From Antedon mediterranea (Eukaryota; Animalia; Echinodermata), in the NCBI RefSeq assembly GCF_964355755.1, contig NC_092674.1, positions 25,792,001-25,856,000 on the forward strand: a stretch of DNA of 64,000 nt, given 5' to 3'. Numbering within the stretch: the first letter of the stretch is position 1; each line of letters starts with the position of its first letter. Under the pieces are notes generated by a model that saw nothing but the letters and a program-made list of their open reading frames with translations, was not told the DNA's origin and ran no database searches. Below are positions 29,168 through 43,807 of this stretch, in pieces. Position numbers and translations under genes: made by a program.

Positions 29168-29495
29168 TAGAAATAATATACACGAAACAGATCAGGGTTA
29201 CACATATTTCGTGCACAATTCACGTGAAATATTATTTATCCAGTCAATTATGTCGGTGATGACGTGCCGAAGGTGATAGATATGGAAGGCAAGAAGTACA
29301 TATAACATAGTTAAATATTAAAAACTTGAGAAATAATATACACGAAACAGATCAGTAGGAAGGTTTACACATATTTCGTGCACAAATCACGTGGCGCAAA
29401 CCCTAAGAATGATTAATATATCCAGTCATATTTTCGTAGCAATTATATCGGTGATGACGTGCCATAGGTGAAGAAGTCAAGAAGGCAAGAAGTAA
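29168..29495 (+). repeat. Local tandem duplication with a ~160-bp unit
   Basis: agaaataatatacacgaaacagatcag...cacatatttcgtgcacaa...tcggtgatgacgtgcc...gaaggcaagaagta occurs twice. Confidence 0.85.
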
Positions 29496-31667
29496 AAGAG
29501 AATTTTGTAGAATTTGGAATATAGTTTAAAATGTTTCAAACAATATTATAAACTGTATAACATAGTTAAATATTAAATCTGTTACAGAAAAGATATTACG
29601 ATTATTAAAATATATTACACTCGAACATAAACTAAATTCCGGGCCTTCTGCATCTAGCCTACAATAGCACATACATAAAATACTAATTTTCTGAGATGTA
29701 TAATAACCACTGGCATTATTAAACGTAAAATGTGTTTTATTTTCAAGGTGCACTTATGACCAGTATTAAAATAATAATTTACGATTATGACTATTAAAAA
29801 AAATGAAAATGGAATCAAGAATATTTCAGGAATGTTTACTTGGGAATGTTAGTAAAACTGTGAATAAATTAACATGAATTGACACATTTTAATTTTGAAT
29901 TTACATTCACAAAATATTACATTATACTATTACAGATAAAATATACAAAACAGGTTTAGGTTAGGTTTTTACTAATAATTATGGTAATGTTCTTTTTTAA
30001 AGGTAATCTTCTTGCATATAAACTGATGTTAAACATATTGTAACCATTTTATAATAAAGTTAAACATTATTATTAATTGCATATTAGTACTTGCACTTGA
30101 CCGTATGTTTAATCTATTTATATCATCCTTTGTATGACTGACTGTCCATTTAAGTTGACCATTGATGGTACACCATTTCTGATTGGTTAATCTGACTATA
30201 ATTAGATACATCCTACCAATCAGCAAAAGGGTCACTTGTATCCGATACACCTCCAATACTATAAAAATAAATAACTACAAATGTAAAGAATTAATATTAA
30301 TATTTATAGAACAGTATATCAGGGAGAGTTAACCGAGACTTGAACTTTTACTTTATATGCAGGTACACAACCATTAGACCACTGACACAGGCACATCCAG
30401 ATGTAGACCCACCCACCCCCGCCTCCCACCAAAAAAAAAAATAAAATTGGAATGCAACATATAGGAAATAAGCTAAGTTTCATCACTTCATTTTACAATT
30501 TTTAGACACTCAAATAATTTACTCTTTCCTCATCCTTCGGATGGGAGATACAGATTTGGTTACATACACTGTGTCTTGTACCGAAGAGGTCACCCAGCAG
30601 TATTAAAACCTCAAAGTTTATACTATAACTTTGAGGTTTTAATACTTCATATGAATATGACCATGAAGAAGTATTTATTAAAAAATTTAATTAAGTAGCG
30701 GGAAATTATCAATAAAATCAAAATGAACTGACAACAGACTTTTACAAAGGGTGTGTTTTCCTGGATGGGGATTGGGTTGTACTGTCTAATACTTTGATGT
30801 GTTTCCCATGATACTACATGAGTAATACACCACCATTAGTTACTCTAGACAATTACAACAGACAATGCCCTATTCAAAAGATCGTTTCCTCAATTATGAA
30901 ACACTTGTCGATCTATTAATAGTTCATTACTACATCTCACATTAATGCTGAAAGGACTTCAACATAATATTATTGCTCTAATAGTACTTCACAATTGAGT
31001 TTATGAAAAGTATTTTCATGTTGCTTTCCCACGAAGTTTTTTAAAGCTTTAATTTATAAATTTACACATTTTTTTTCACCCCTCATTAGAAAAATGTAGT
31101 GATAATCAGTGAGTGGCCACAAAAAGTTTAACACAATTCTATTTTGAGAATTGAGGGGGCATGGTACAATCAATCTTTGACCGTACGCTGCAATCGCGTC
31201 TAAAATAAAAACACTAATTAAAACACGTTTGTAATCTTAATTAATTTTTATCACTAACAATTAACTTCTAACAATATTTACATCATTTTAAATCTGTAGT
31301 TTCCCCTTTAAGTTCTGACTATTAATAGTTCATTACCACTTGCACTCAATTCTTAATAGGACTTTAATATTTAATGTAATCGACATTAATGTTTCATGAA
31401 ACCTAAAAAAAGCACATATTATTAATGAAGCTGATATTAAAAATTTAATATCTAGAACAACAACATTTTGTAGTCCCAGTTTTTAGCCAATGTATCGTAT
31501 GGTTCATAAACAGAAGCATGCTTCTCTTAAATACAAAACACTTGTATGTCAACGCAAGCACTAAGATGATGTTTGATATTATAAATGTTCTACCTTCTAA
31601 TTTCCGTTCTAGACTGAAATTAGTAAAAAGATAATAGTGTGGCACATATGGCGTTTCATACGTATAA

Positions 31668-32005
31668 TGCACTTGTCAATTGTATGACCCACTATACGAC
31701 CCCCGGGAGAGGTGCGTCATTTGTCCGATGTGCGTCATACTTTTGAATACCATGACGCACCCGTGCGTCAAAAAGGTGACTTACCTTTAGGTGACCATGA
31801 CGCACCCATTTTGACGCACTGTGACCATGTTGTTTATGATATGGTGGGTGGTAAAGTGACGGACATTGACACACCTTGTTCATTGATGTGACGTACCATC
31901 TAGGTTTTTTGACGCACCCCTGCGTCAGTAATTATTTGTAAATGACGCACCCATGACGCACCTCTCCCGGGGGTCGTATAGTGGGTCATACAATTGACAA
32001 GTGCA
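31668..32005. mobile_element. Young non-autonomous TIR element with TAA target duplication (PIF/Harbinger-like)
   Basis: A perfect ~50-bp TIR tgcacttgtcaattgtatgacccactatacgacccccgggagaggtgcgtcat and its inverse, with TAA on both sides. The empty site cgtataatac is seen in the host-repeat copy at about 2650. Confidence 0.9.
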
Positions 32006-32866
32006 TAATACTTTACTCTCACAAAAGTCGAAACACGGCCTGGTGGACTAACAAAAATACTTGGGGAAAGTCCAGAATTTGTTTCATATGGCATTTCGCA
32101 AGACAAAATTCGAAACGAAGAATGGTTAACTAACATAAAAAAGATAATACAGACATGTGGCAAGTCTAGAATTTGTTTTGTTTGTTTTTGGTTAATTAAA
32201 TCTCTCTGAAAGCAAAAAATGGGGTATATTAACTGACTGAATTGTATTGTACTTGGAATTAAATAAAATAATAAATATATAACTAAATAGTTAATCCCAC
32301 TCGAACCCAGAAATGAGAAATTGCAACCAAGTATGTAAACAACCAATCTACAATACCTAATAATGTCAATATTTCAACTGACCATATTTAAGCACATGAC
32401 TACCATATTTGGGTACATCACTTTTTTTCAAACTAGTTTGATAGTGTAGAGAGAACTTTAGAAATCATAACAGGAAATTAAAAAATAAATGAATCAAATC
32501 ATGCAGTAACCGATTAGGCGTAGTCGTTTGGTTTGAAACCAATGACTAGATAAAAAGATGAATTGTAATGTAGAAACAATTACAAGGAAGCTGTTAAAAG
32601 TTGTAATTAATTAATTAATTATGTACTGCTGGTAATTAATATCCAACATCCTCAAAAACCAATTAACAGATGAGAAAAATAAAGTCTACAAAATTACATG
32701 TTTTATGTTAAATAATAAGTATTAATGTTTGGGCATCAGCAAATCCTAGTAATGTGGCCGAGAAAGGACTCGAACAAATGACCATGGGATAGCATTTTTA
32801 ACAAAACTACGAGAATAGATTAGACACAGCCAAAAGTAATAAAATAGAGAGAAAAAAACATCTTAC

Positions 32867-35800
32867 CTCTTGACATCAGCAACCTCAACATAATCAGGAC
32901 TGCCTAAATCAAATGTTCCAAGTTTTTGAAGTGATGTTTTATTCTTAAAAAATTAAATAAATTAAAATAGCAAATGTTAGTGAAGATTAATGATATTGTA
33001 AAAGATGGACATTTTTCTTTACCTTTTATTGGTGCAAGTTGACAATATTTTTTCTACTTTTTTTTATTAGCCATTTTAGGCACAAAAATCATTTTTTCAA
33101 CCTTTTATAGGCATTTCTGTTAATAGTGGTTTAAAAAAAAATCTTAACAAATAATAACGAGAGGCAAGCATGATTTAACGTTTTGATCACGAATGATGAT
33201 CATCAAATAAAGATCGCAAAACGTTGGATCATGGCTTGTCTCTCGTTATTTGATGTCAGTTTTATACTATGTTATTAAAACATAATCAGTTCATCTATTG
33301 GTTCTTAACAACAAATGCTTGGATTTGCTTTAACAAACAACAACAACATACCTGCTTGCTGTCTTGTTTTTCTTGTACCATCTTCATATACTTCTGCATT
33401 ATTGGATCTATTTTACCATCATCTTCGTTTTCTTCTTTTACATCACTCTCTTTTCCATCTAATCTATCCTTCTTATCATTATCAACTTCTCTGCTTTGTT
33501 CACCAGCTTTCTGTGATGCCTACGAAATGTGATACATCTATAAAGCTCTGTCTACACTATCTAACTAGTTTGACAAAAGAGTGTGATGTGCCCAAATATG
33601 GTAGTGATATGACATCATCATGTCCATATATGGGCACATCACATTGTTTTATCACATAAAGTTTGATAGTGTAGATAAGGCTTTAGAGAATACATTTTGT
33701 TGAAAGGAAAATAATTTAATATCTCATAATTATATGCATTTGGTTTTGTTTTCCTATTTGACAAGGTGCTTTTTAGTGACCTCTGTGACCAAGCCCTCTG
33801 ATTTTCTCATACCTCTTGTTTCTCAAGTTCTTCCAGCATTTTCTTCTCTCGTTCCCTTGCTTCTTGTTCTTTTTTCTGTCGCTCTTCCATTCTTTGTATC
33901 CGACGTTCCTCCCATTCTTTTTCATCTTGTTTTCTTTTCTCTTCATCTTTTGCAAGTTGTTCAGCTAATACAAAAAAAAGCATATTGTTAATATTTATAA
34001 CACAATAAATGTCAGTGTTGGTTTTTAACATGAACAAAGATCAAATAGGGTAATGATATGCCAAAAGGTGGTATTGATATGCCCAAATATGGTAGTGGTA
34101 TGACATCATCATGTCCATATATGGGCACATCACACTTTTGTTGCCAAATAAACGTTGATAGCAAGCTCTTCTGTAGTTACATTTCTTCCATGAAGAATCC
34201 AAAGAGATTGACTGATCAAAAGAAGGTGTTTTCCAAGCCCCATCTAGAGATGGTACACTGACTTCAGCTACTGGTTGGTGATTCGAAGGTTTATTCCAGG
34301 CACCATCCAAAGATGGCATATTGACATCTGATGATTGGCCAATAAAGTTGCTAGCTCCATCCAACAGAGGAATAGTGCCATTTGCAACATCTTCTGGATT
34401 CGTCATAGCTCTGTCTAGAGATGGCATGGTGACTTCTGCTGCAGAATGCTGATCAGAAGATTTTTTCCAAGCTCTATCCAGAGATGGTGAATGTAATGCT
34501 ATAGACAACAAAAATAAAGTATGCAATTACTGTAAGAATATTATCAGTATAATAGAACTTGGATAAGGACTATAAACTGTAGGTCCAGTGTACACATCTA
34601 GCTCGTGTGCACTTTAAAGAACCTAGTACATCTTTCGAGATGAGTAAAGGTTTACCCCGGTGTACTAGTACATCACAGCCACTGATCATAACTGGGCCCT
34701 CTGGGAGACTAGTCTTTGACTGAAGACGTCACCCTGTTCTGAATATTGTACTAAGATTTACCAAGAGTCCTCAACATTTCTTTAGAAAACTTACCATTGA
34801 TTGGATCAGAATATTCTTCAACATTAGACAGATGACTTCCAGGATCGCTGTGTCTAGTATCTTCCCTTCTTAGAGCATTGCCATTCTGTACGAATCCAGA
34901 TGAAACTGGTGCATGGTCATCCTCAACTTCTCCATTAATGGTTGGAAGACTTTGAATGTCATGAACTTGAGGAGTGTCTTGAGCAGCCCGATACACTTGA
35001 TGAAAATCTTCAGTGACCCTGCGACCTTGTGGTAAATTTGGGATGCTGTTGCGGCCTTGTAACAGGCCTGTTGTGATCTGGTCAAGCGGTTGAGAAGTAA
35101 TGCCAAGATCCACACCAGATGATGGCATTTCTGGCATCCTTTGATTCCGGTAGCTTGTACCAGTTGATGACTGATGTTGTGATGGTATACCACTGTTTGA
35201 AGGATCAGTTCTACTGCAGAAACAAACAAAAATAACTAATCCTTAATTAAAAATAGAAAATAATTGATGATGCAATTTGATACCCCAACATGTAATTTGA
35301 CATCACAACATGCAATTTGACATCACAACATGCAATTTGACATCACAACATTCAATTTGATATCCCAACATGTAATTTGATATCCCAACATGCAATTTGA
35401 TATCCCAACATGCAATTGATATCCCAATATGTAATTTGATATCCCAACATGCAATTTGATATCCCAACATGCAATTTGACATCCCAAAATGCAATTTGAT
35501 ATCCTAAAATGCAATTCGGATCAGATCCTGCAATTCTACATACCAACATTTAATTTGACCAATCCAGATATGCAATTTGACATGCCAACATGCAATTTGA
35601 CATCCCAAAATGCAATTTGACATCCCAACATGCAATTTGCAATCCCAACATGCAATGTGACATCCCAACATGCAATGTGACATCCCAACATGCAATGTGA
35701 CATCCCAACAACATGCAATCAAACGCTCTATCATCTACACCACTACAAGCACTCACCCAACAGGGTAGATGCCACTGTGACCACCTGCATTCCAACGGAG

Positions 35801-38800
35801 ATCACTAATACTGTATGTATTAGAAGACACTGCTGGCAGTTGAGAGGTAGAAGTTACAACTCCAGATCTTCGCTGACGGCCTCCAAAGGTAGTCAGGTTA
35901 TCATTTGATAATTCTGTGATGTTAAAGCATGATTATTTATTGGAAAAGTATACAAACATTATCAAAAGCTATCTATATTTTAGGCACACTGGCAATGACT
36001 TCAAACTCACTCCCCTCAAGAAGCGCACAAGATAATTGTTTGTTAGGAGAGGAGTTGAATATGAGGAGTTTATGAGAAAACATATGACATGATTTGAACC
36101 CCAGGACTGAAGTATCAGTAGCGAAGCACCCAAACCCTCAAGTTACAACTTGACATTAACAGGAAGAACATGCAATTCCTCTATAATCTAATTAAAGCAT
36201 TTAGTGGACCCTGGGGAAAATACGGTGTTCTATACCAAAGGGCCCGTCATATCTTGCATAGTACGATAAACACATACCTGTTTTAAGTTCTGGTCTATGC
36301 CTTGATGTCATTGAACCTCGTGTTGGAGACAGGATGCTACTTATAATGCGTTTTGGAGAGTTTAAAGCATTTGGATTTGACAGTTTGTGTTGAAAGTTTT
36401 TGTATGACTGTTCTAAATTCTATATCAAATAATAAAAATAATATGATAAAAGTTATTATTACAAATCGTCCATAAATTACCTTAACAGGTCAAAGTTTAC
36501 AATAAAACATTGAATTTAACATTTACGTTACATTTCTGGGGAGAACACATCATAAAAATAGACATTTTCTTAAGCTCTGTCTACATTATCAAACTAGTTT
36601 TTAAATAAAAGTGTGATGTGCCCAAATATGGTTTTGATACGCCCAAATATGGTAGTAATATGACATCATCATGTCCATATATGGGAACACCACAATTTTT
36701 GTCACATAAAGTTTGATAGTGTGGACAGAGCTTTAATGTTAAAATATGTAAAGAAAATTATGATTGAATTTTATATGTAATGAAAATTGAACATATGACT
36801 TACCTCTGCTTCCCGATCCAACGAGCGGAAGCGTTCTCTGGTGTTTTCCAGGAACGCCAACGATGTATCTGGTGTTGGACTTTGTTCCCAAGCTAAAGAG
36901 GTTTCAAATTGATCAAGGTGTTCTAGTATTGGTTCATGTCCAGCTGAGGCTGTTCTGATTGGTAAATAAACATCTTCATCGTGATGGCCAGAGGTCAATG
37001 AATTTGAATGTATATTGGGGCCAGTTGATGCAATGTCATGTACAGGGACATCCCTATTTAGAAAAAGAATATTTTTTTTTTGTTGTATACCATTTTGATC
37101 AATAGTTCTATTTGAAAACCTGCATGTCACAACGATCTCTAGAAGGAATCGAACCAGTGACTTTTAGCCTACAGGTTTAGAGCTTTAACCATCCATCCAG
37201 CTATTGCTGATCATTAGGGACCTTCAGACAAACATATACACAAAATACTCTACATAAACAAAGTCTTATTACAAGTCTTTGAGAGAGGAGTAATTTGGTC
37301 CTTAGAAAAAATCCTGACATTTGATGGGACTTCAACCCAGGACCCTTGGAGTGGTAGCCAAGCATCATAACCACCAAGCCACAACTCCATTCTTGATAGA
37401 ATACAATATACAATATACTGTCTATATCATCATGAGATTGTTAATGTAATTATTGACTGTAATAGTATTATTATAACACTATTTAATATAATTTCAATGA
37501 AATCTCAATTCATTTGGAAAAAACCAAGTAGAAATCCTCATTTGTATTGGGAAACCCTAGCAAGGAGACACTCTCCTATGAATCGATGTTTTAACATTAC
37601 GACCAACTTTATATATATATATATATATATATCTATACAGCTCCATTAAGAAGGCATTTTGCTGGGTCCTGATGATGTTCTAATTGAGTTTAACTTACTT
37701 GAAATGGCTACTTTTATTTGGTTTTCTGTAAACTTCATTACTTAGAGCAGTTCGCGTTTCCTGTAGAGCAGTTCTGACTTCTTGCAATTCACGATTCATC
37801 TCCTTCATTTGGAGAGTTTGCTCATCCAACTGTCTTTGAAGTTCACGACTTCTATTAACCTGTTCAAAATAATATCAATGCCCAAGAATTCTGTTAATGA
37901 AAATAACATTCTGTACCTAAAGCCAGGCTTATTTGACACAGAACTCAACTAAAAGGAAATGGTTGCTCAAGAACGGTTACTGTATGTCGATTTTTTGAGC
38001 TACTGAAAGGAACTTGTGTGCAAGTGCTTATGTCGACACTGGTACCGATTGTAACTAGACGTGGATATGATACTGCATACGGACGCAATACATTTGTATA
38101 GGAACCAGTGTGTGCGCAAGCATTTGTATGGTTACGTGGTTATATCAAAATGATTGCTATAGTTCTGTGTAGACATAATCCCGGCTCAACCAATGCTAAA
38201 AGTTTAAATTTGTTATCATAGCAAGCTTTTCAGTACCACGCAAGTTTTATATGGCAAATAAACATTACACCATGTGTTTTCCAAAAAGGAAATAACATAC
38301 AGTTAAGAAAGACTATGTTGTTACACCTCACTAGTCTTTACTTCCTTTTATGGAAACACATGTTGTACTGTAAACTTTACTATACTTTTGTTAAGTTGCC
38401 TTTCATATTATTCAGAGTAAGGACGCATACCAACTGCTTTGCAAGATTTAAAAGGTGGATGGATACAAAACTCCTATTTAAACTACCCTGTTTATTTTAA
38501 TATGATTTTCTATAACATTATAAATACATAGAGAAAGATGATATTGTGTTTAAATATAAAATGATGTGTGTATCATCATCATGTTTTTATGGTCACATCA
38601 CATTATTTTATCAGATAAAGTTTCATAAAAAGTTTACCCAGAAAGAAAATAAACATCTTACTTTACCTCAGACTGAAGTTTTGAATTAAGCTGAGCTTCT
38701 CTGCTTTCCATAAGTGCCTTCTCCTGTTTTATTCTATCCCTAGCCCGATGCAGTTCTGCTTTCATACTAACAACTTCATGCGAAGGTTGCGAGGCTTGCA

Positions 38801-41800
38801 TCGATAGTAGCTGCATTCGTTCATCTTGTCCTTTTATACACGGTAAATAAAATGTTAAGAAAAAAACATAATGCTTGATAATTGAAAGTAATTATCGCTA
38901 TGGAAACTAAGTAAACAAATTAATTTTCCTTTTCAATCTTCAACAAGAACATTTTTGTTAAATAATGAAACTACAATTATTTCACAATGCGTGTATTAAA
39001 ACTTAATTTAATTTCTCCATTTGGCTTATTTTGAATGACCTCAGTATAAGTACCTGTATGTATTTCTTGGTAATTAAGCATACGAATGGGTATAAATTGG
39101 CCATCGCAATTCTATAACCTTATGCAATGAGTTTATTCTAAAGACATTATTAAATGAATTTAAATGGAAAATTTAAGAGAAAATCATCAAAAATAAACTT
39201 ACGAGCTAATTCTGTTTTGTATTCATTGCTGCTTTCTGCAAGACGCCTTTAAAATTGAAAATAATAGATCAGTTACCATGAAATAAAGGTCAACTTTATA
39301 AAACTTTGTCAAGTCGATAATTTTGCTTAAGTCAGTTTTCAAAATAACTTAAGCAAATAAAAAAAAAAGAAGATATTTAATAAAAAAAAAACGATTAAAT
39401 ACTAATAATGTATTTGAAACACAAAAAATGAAGGTTAAAATATTCTAAATTTAAATTGGCCATATCAAAGTAATATTAAAGTTATTCACTTTAAGTCGAA
39501 AATTTGAGCCAAAAACAACAAGTTTACGTAATTAACAGGTAAATTAATTTGATTAGATTTCGTCTGGAAAATCGTCGCGAGCAAAAGTAAACAAAGATTT
39601 CAAACCACGAATATGCATTATGCATGATGCTAATTAGGATTGTTCACAACTCGTCATGGTTGAGAAGGTGTTTTCACACAGATCGCGAGAAAGTTTTATG
39701 ATTATGCATACAAAGTGGCCAAACAAGCGCGTTGCATTATGAAATATTTTTTGATCAAAAACTTAGATTTTTTTTTTCAACTAATTTTTGGTGAAAGTAC
39801 TATTATGATACTTCAAAATGACCCACTTTTTTTTCGAAATATTAAAAAAAATAATTTGGGGAATTAGTCAAAGGGACAATACATCTACTTAAGCTTCTTC
39901 TTAACTATATTTACGTATAAAGTAAAATGAATGTTCTACAAATACCTGCCAGTCCTTTTTTTACTCAGACTTGCTAAGTTTTTAACTTTTAAAATAATTT
40001 AAATATTAAAAAAACACATTAAGACTAAGAATGATTACATTTTAGTGTTTTCTAATTCCCTCCTCATCACTGCATTATTTTCCTTTAATTGCTGGTAGTC
40101 TACCATATCTCTCAGTTTCTCTTGCAATAATTCATTGTTTTTATTTGATGAAATCAATTCATTCTTTGCACCTTGGTAGTTGTTCTAGAAATGAATTAAA
40201 AATATTTGATAAAGTTAGCTAAATGACAAACAATTTCATGCTAAAATGTATCATTTGTGATGCTGGTCAGTGGGAATAAAAACAAAAAGCTAACACAGTT
40301 ACAGTTTAGAACCACTTATTTGGGAACCCCTATTTAGTGGACACTTCTACAGTACTACTAAATATATGTTTTAACACTTAAGCTCTGTCTACACTATCAA
40401 ACTAGTTTGACAAAAAAAGTGAGATGTGCCTAAATATGGTAGTGATATGATGTCAACTTGTCCATATATGGGCGCATTTTTTGTCACATAAAGTTTGACA
40501 GTGCAGGTCAACTCTATTTTAAAACTCTAATATCGAACATAGAGTCTTTTAATCTAAAACCATACAACGACAAGACATCCACTGGTTCAGTTCAAAACCA
40601 TTTTAAGGTAAAATTTTTAATTAATTATTTTCTATCCACTCTACCATTTTCATATAAAGATACCATGGAACCACGTCAGGTCAAGTTCAATATTGAATAT
40701 CGAAACGTGGCAGGCTATAGGCACTTGACCTTTGACAAGATCGCCTAAAATTTATAATTTAAAACTACGATACTTAGTATTGTATATTCAGGAATAGCTG
40801 CTCCATAGTCTCTTTGCTTTTCTTCCTTATATCTTATTCTTATTAACTCAAAATTATTTTTACTATTACATTACTATTTAAATGCCTAGTGTGTAAACAT
40901 TATTGACATAATTTCAATAAACATCCACATACAGTACAACTCTTCTTAACAAAATTTTTTCAATCTTCTATCAACTAAAAGTCGTAGTTAGTCATGTCTC
41001 GGGTCACATTCTATGGTCACCGTACAGATAGGCTACTACATCAGTACTTCTATGAATGGATGACTAGTTGGTGACAATAATGCTAGTTGGTCATACCCAG
41101 TACCGTTTTGATTTTACGATCATTCGGGAAACCGCCTCACAACGTTTAAAGCGGACCTTAGTTGGGTCCTAAAGTGTCCCCTAATTAGGGGTTCTACTAC
41201 ATTTACAATATATTTAGATTTATTGGAGTGATAAAATAAGTAATTTTCAGACCTGTATTTCTTCAATTCTTTGCTGTTTGTCTTTCAACTGCTGTTTAAT
41301 TTCTTTGTTCATCTCGCTTTCTTCGTTTAATTTTCTCGCCTCGTCTACAAATTAAATTAAAATATTGTCAAGGTCAGGGCTTAGCTGTTTCAAATTATTT
41401 TCTTCAATATCAATCACTTATTATTATCACGGAATATTATAGATTTTAAATTTGTATTACCATTACTGCTCGTCTATGTAAATTGGCCCTTAGGGTGTGA
41501 AATAAGTGTTGAACTACAGTATCTTTTGCATTGTAATTTTAGGTAGAAAGGGCATGACCCATCTATGGTAATAATAGACTAGTCTTACCTCGTACATGTC
41601 TCTCACGTCTCTCTACATCTTCAAGTCGATCCATGTACTCTTTCCTCTTTTTTAAATCATATCTGAAATGATTTGATTTATAATATAAAAGCTCTATAAA
41701 TAATAATAAGGTATTTCTTATTTTGTAAATTTACATTACTAGATGGTACGCTCGCTTCGCTCGCGTACCATCTAGGTCGTGCCCACAGATGGTTCTCGAA

Positions 41801-43776
41801 TACACAGTAATTTCTCCAAATTTTTGAATTTGTGTTTTGTATGTAACATTAGGGTTGAGGGATGGGAAAGCGGATAGGTACAAAGAGGAACAATTTTTAA
41901 ATATATTTTTTTCATGTTTTATAGGCCTATAAATAATATACCTCTAAATACAGTAAAACATTTGCGATTTAATACTTTGTTAAAACTGTCACTGTCATAA
42001 TCGATTGAAATATTAAAGTAGGAAAATGCGAAGCCTCCTCGCATTTTTGTGGCGGGTATTTTTCAAGATGGACATCCATTAGACAGTGTATACCACGATC
42101 GGAAAACACCCCTATTTGGGGCAAATCGTTGAACCTAAATTCGTTTTAATCGTCAATAACTAATTATCTAACTTAATTTAATTAGTAAACAGGGTTACAT
42201 CAGGTGGTTAAAATCAGTACCGAAAGTACGAACCAACTTTATATACCATCGAGTAAAAATTCTAGAAGTAAGGCGCGATTTACCGAATGTTGCCCTTACG
42301 TAAATTTATATATAGATACTATATAAATTATATTAGTATAATGACAAAATACTGGAGATACTTATTATTATTATTATTTATAAAGCTCTTATATAGTGTA
42401 TAAGAATATGTAAATTTACAGTGTTATAACTGTAACCACTATGACGCATATTTAACACGACAGATTTTGTAAGGAAGAGAGGACCTTAAGAGAAAGATGG
42501 AGTTCGATCCAGAAGCAACAAAGAAAAAGTGAAACAAGGATGCCGAAGATTGATGTATTTTGACCCATCCATTTACTGTATTTTTGCCATTCTTTATTGA
42601 ACTACTTTAATATGTGTACAGTAGTTACAACACACACATTTAAGTAGAAAGTGTTATATAAACATTGACACATTAAAGTACAAATAATTTGGAAAACAAA
42701 GCTTACTGAGTTAATTGTTCTTTTAAACGTTGTTTGTAAGTTTCTTCTATGTTATGTACTGCCGTTTCCCGCAACTTTAAATTCTCCTCAACTGCAATTC
42801 GTTTGTCTTCTTCCAACTTGGCAGCTCTGCATAATAAAAGAAATAAGTTACGAAAACAAAAGTTACATTTGCCAACGTAAACTGAAACCGTTTTTCAACA
42901 AATAGTTTTTTTTAAAGTTTATTTTGTAACCTTTTATTGATCTCCGACTCTCTTCTGACCTCTGCTTCCTTTGACCTTAACATCTGAAGTTCCTCAAGTA
43001 AGCTTTGTCTTTGTGAATGCATTTCTTTCTGAACAATCTAAACATCAAAACGATTTGTAATCAATTTTCGAGGCAGTATGGTATATAAAGTACATACCAC
43101 CAATTAAGTCTATATGGCCTTATTACGTTGAAACACTGGTTTTCGTTTCACCGAAGTTAACCAACTTTGGGCCTGTTTAGAGCTTCAATTGGAATAGCGT
43201 GTGCTGTATATGGGGAGCAGGGGCATTTGAAATCAGCACTTCTGACTCATATGGCAGCCCCCCCATCTAGTATCTACCTTGGACGTATTGGCTCATCCCT
43301 TTCCTCTGGTCAAGGTGGGCACTGCATGAGAGAAGCCATTGATCAATGATAGGACCAACCAAGGAAGCGTTCCACTGAACTACAAAACCACAGGACCAAA
43401 AAAAAAGTGTCCCTTTAATATTGGTTGGGTGCAGTGTTAAGACATATATACACTACAGTATTGTTTCTCATTTGTTTTACAGGAAAGTGTTGCCCTGAAC
43501 CTCTAAAAGGGATCTTTATCTTTAATGCAATGCTAAGACATATACAGTATTGGTTCTCGTTCGTTTTAAAGGAAGTTTCCACTTAATAGAATTCTCTTCC
43601 TGAATAGAGGTCTCCTGATGGAGGGGTTACACTGTAATGGATCTTATACCTGCTGTTGCTGCTGAAGTCTTTCTGTTGCATTGCGTTCCCTTTCTTCTAG
43701 TGCTTTGCATTTCATTCCGTACAACTGTTCAAGCTACAAAGAAACCACTTTTTATTATTAATAATAATAATGGTAG

Positions 43777-43807
<31 letters not shown>

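Noticed and set aside
31594-31613. Candidate OFD1 penultimate exon (SLERKLE)
   Set aside because: Its acceptor lies in the end of a dispersed repeat also found at about 2600. Other terminal-exon candidates (for example 30195-30150 or near 32800) cannot be ranked, so the OFD1 stop is left unresolved.
35303-35795. Six overlapping Cys/Trp-rich ORFs
   Set aside because: Artefacts of a 20-bp tandem repeat inside an OFD1 intron.
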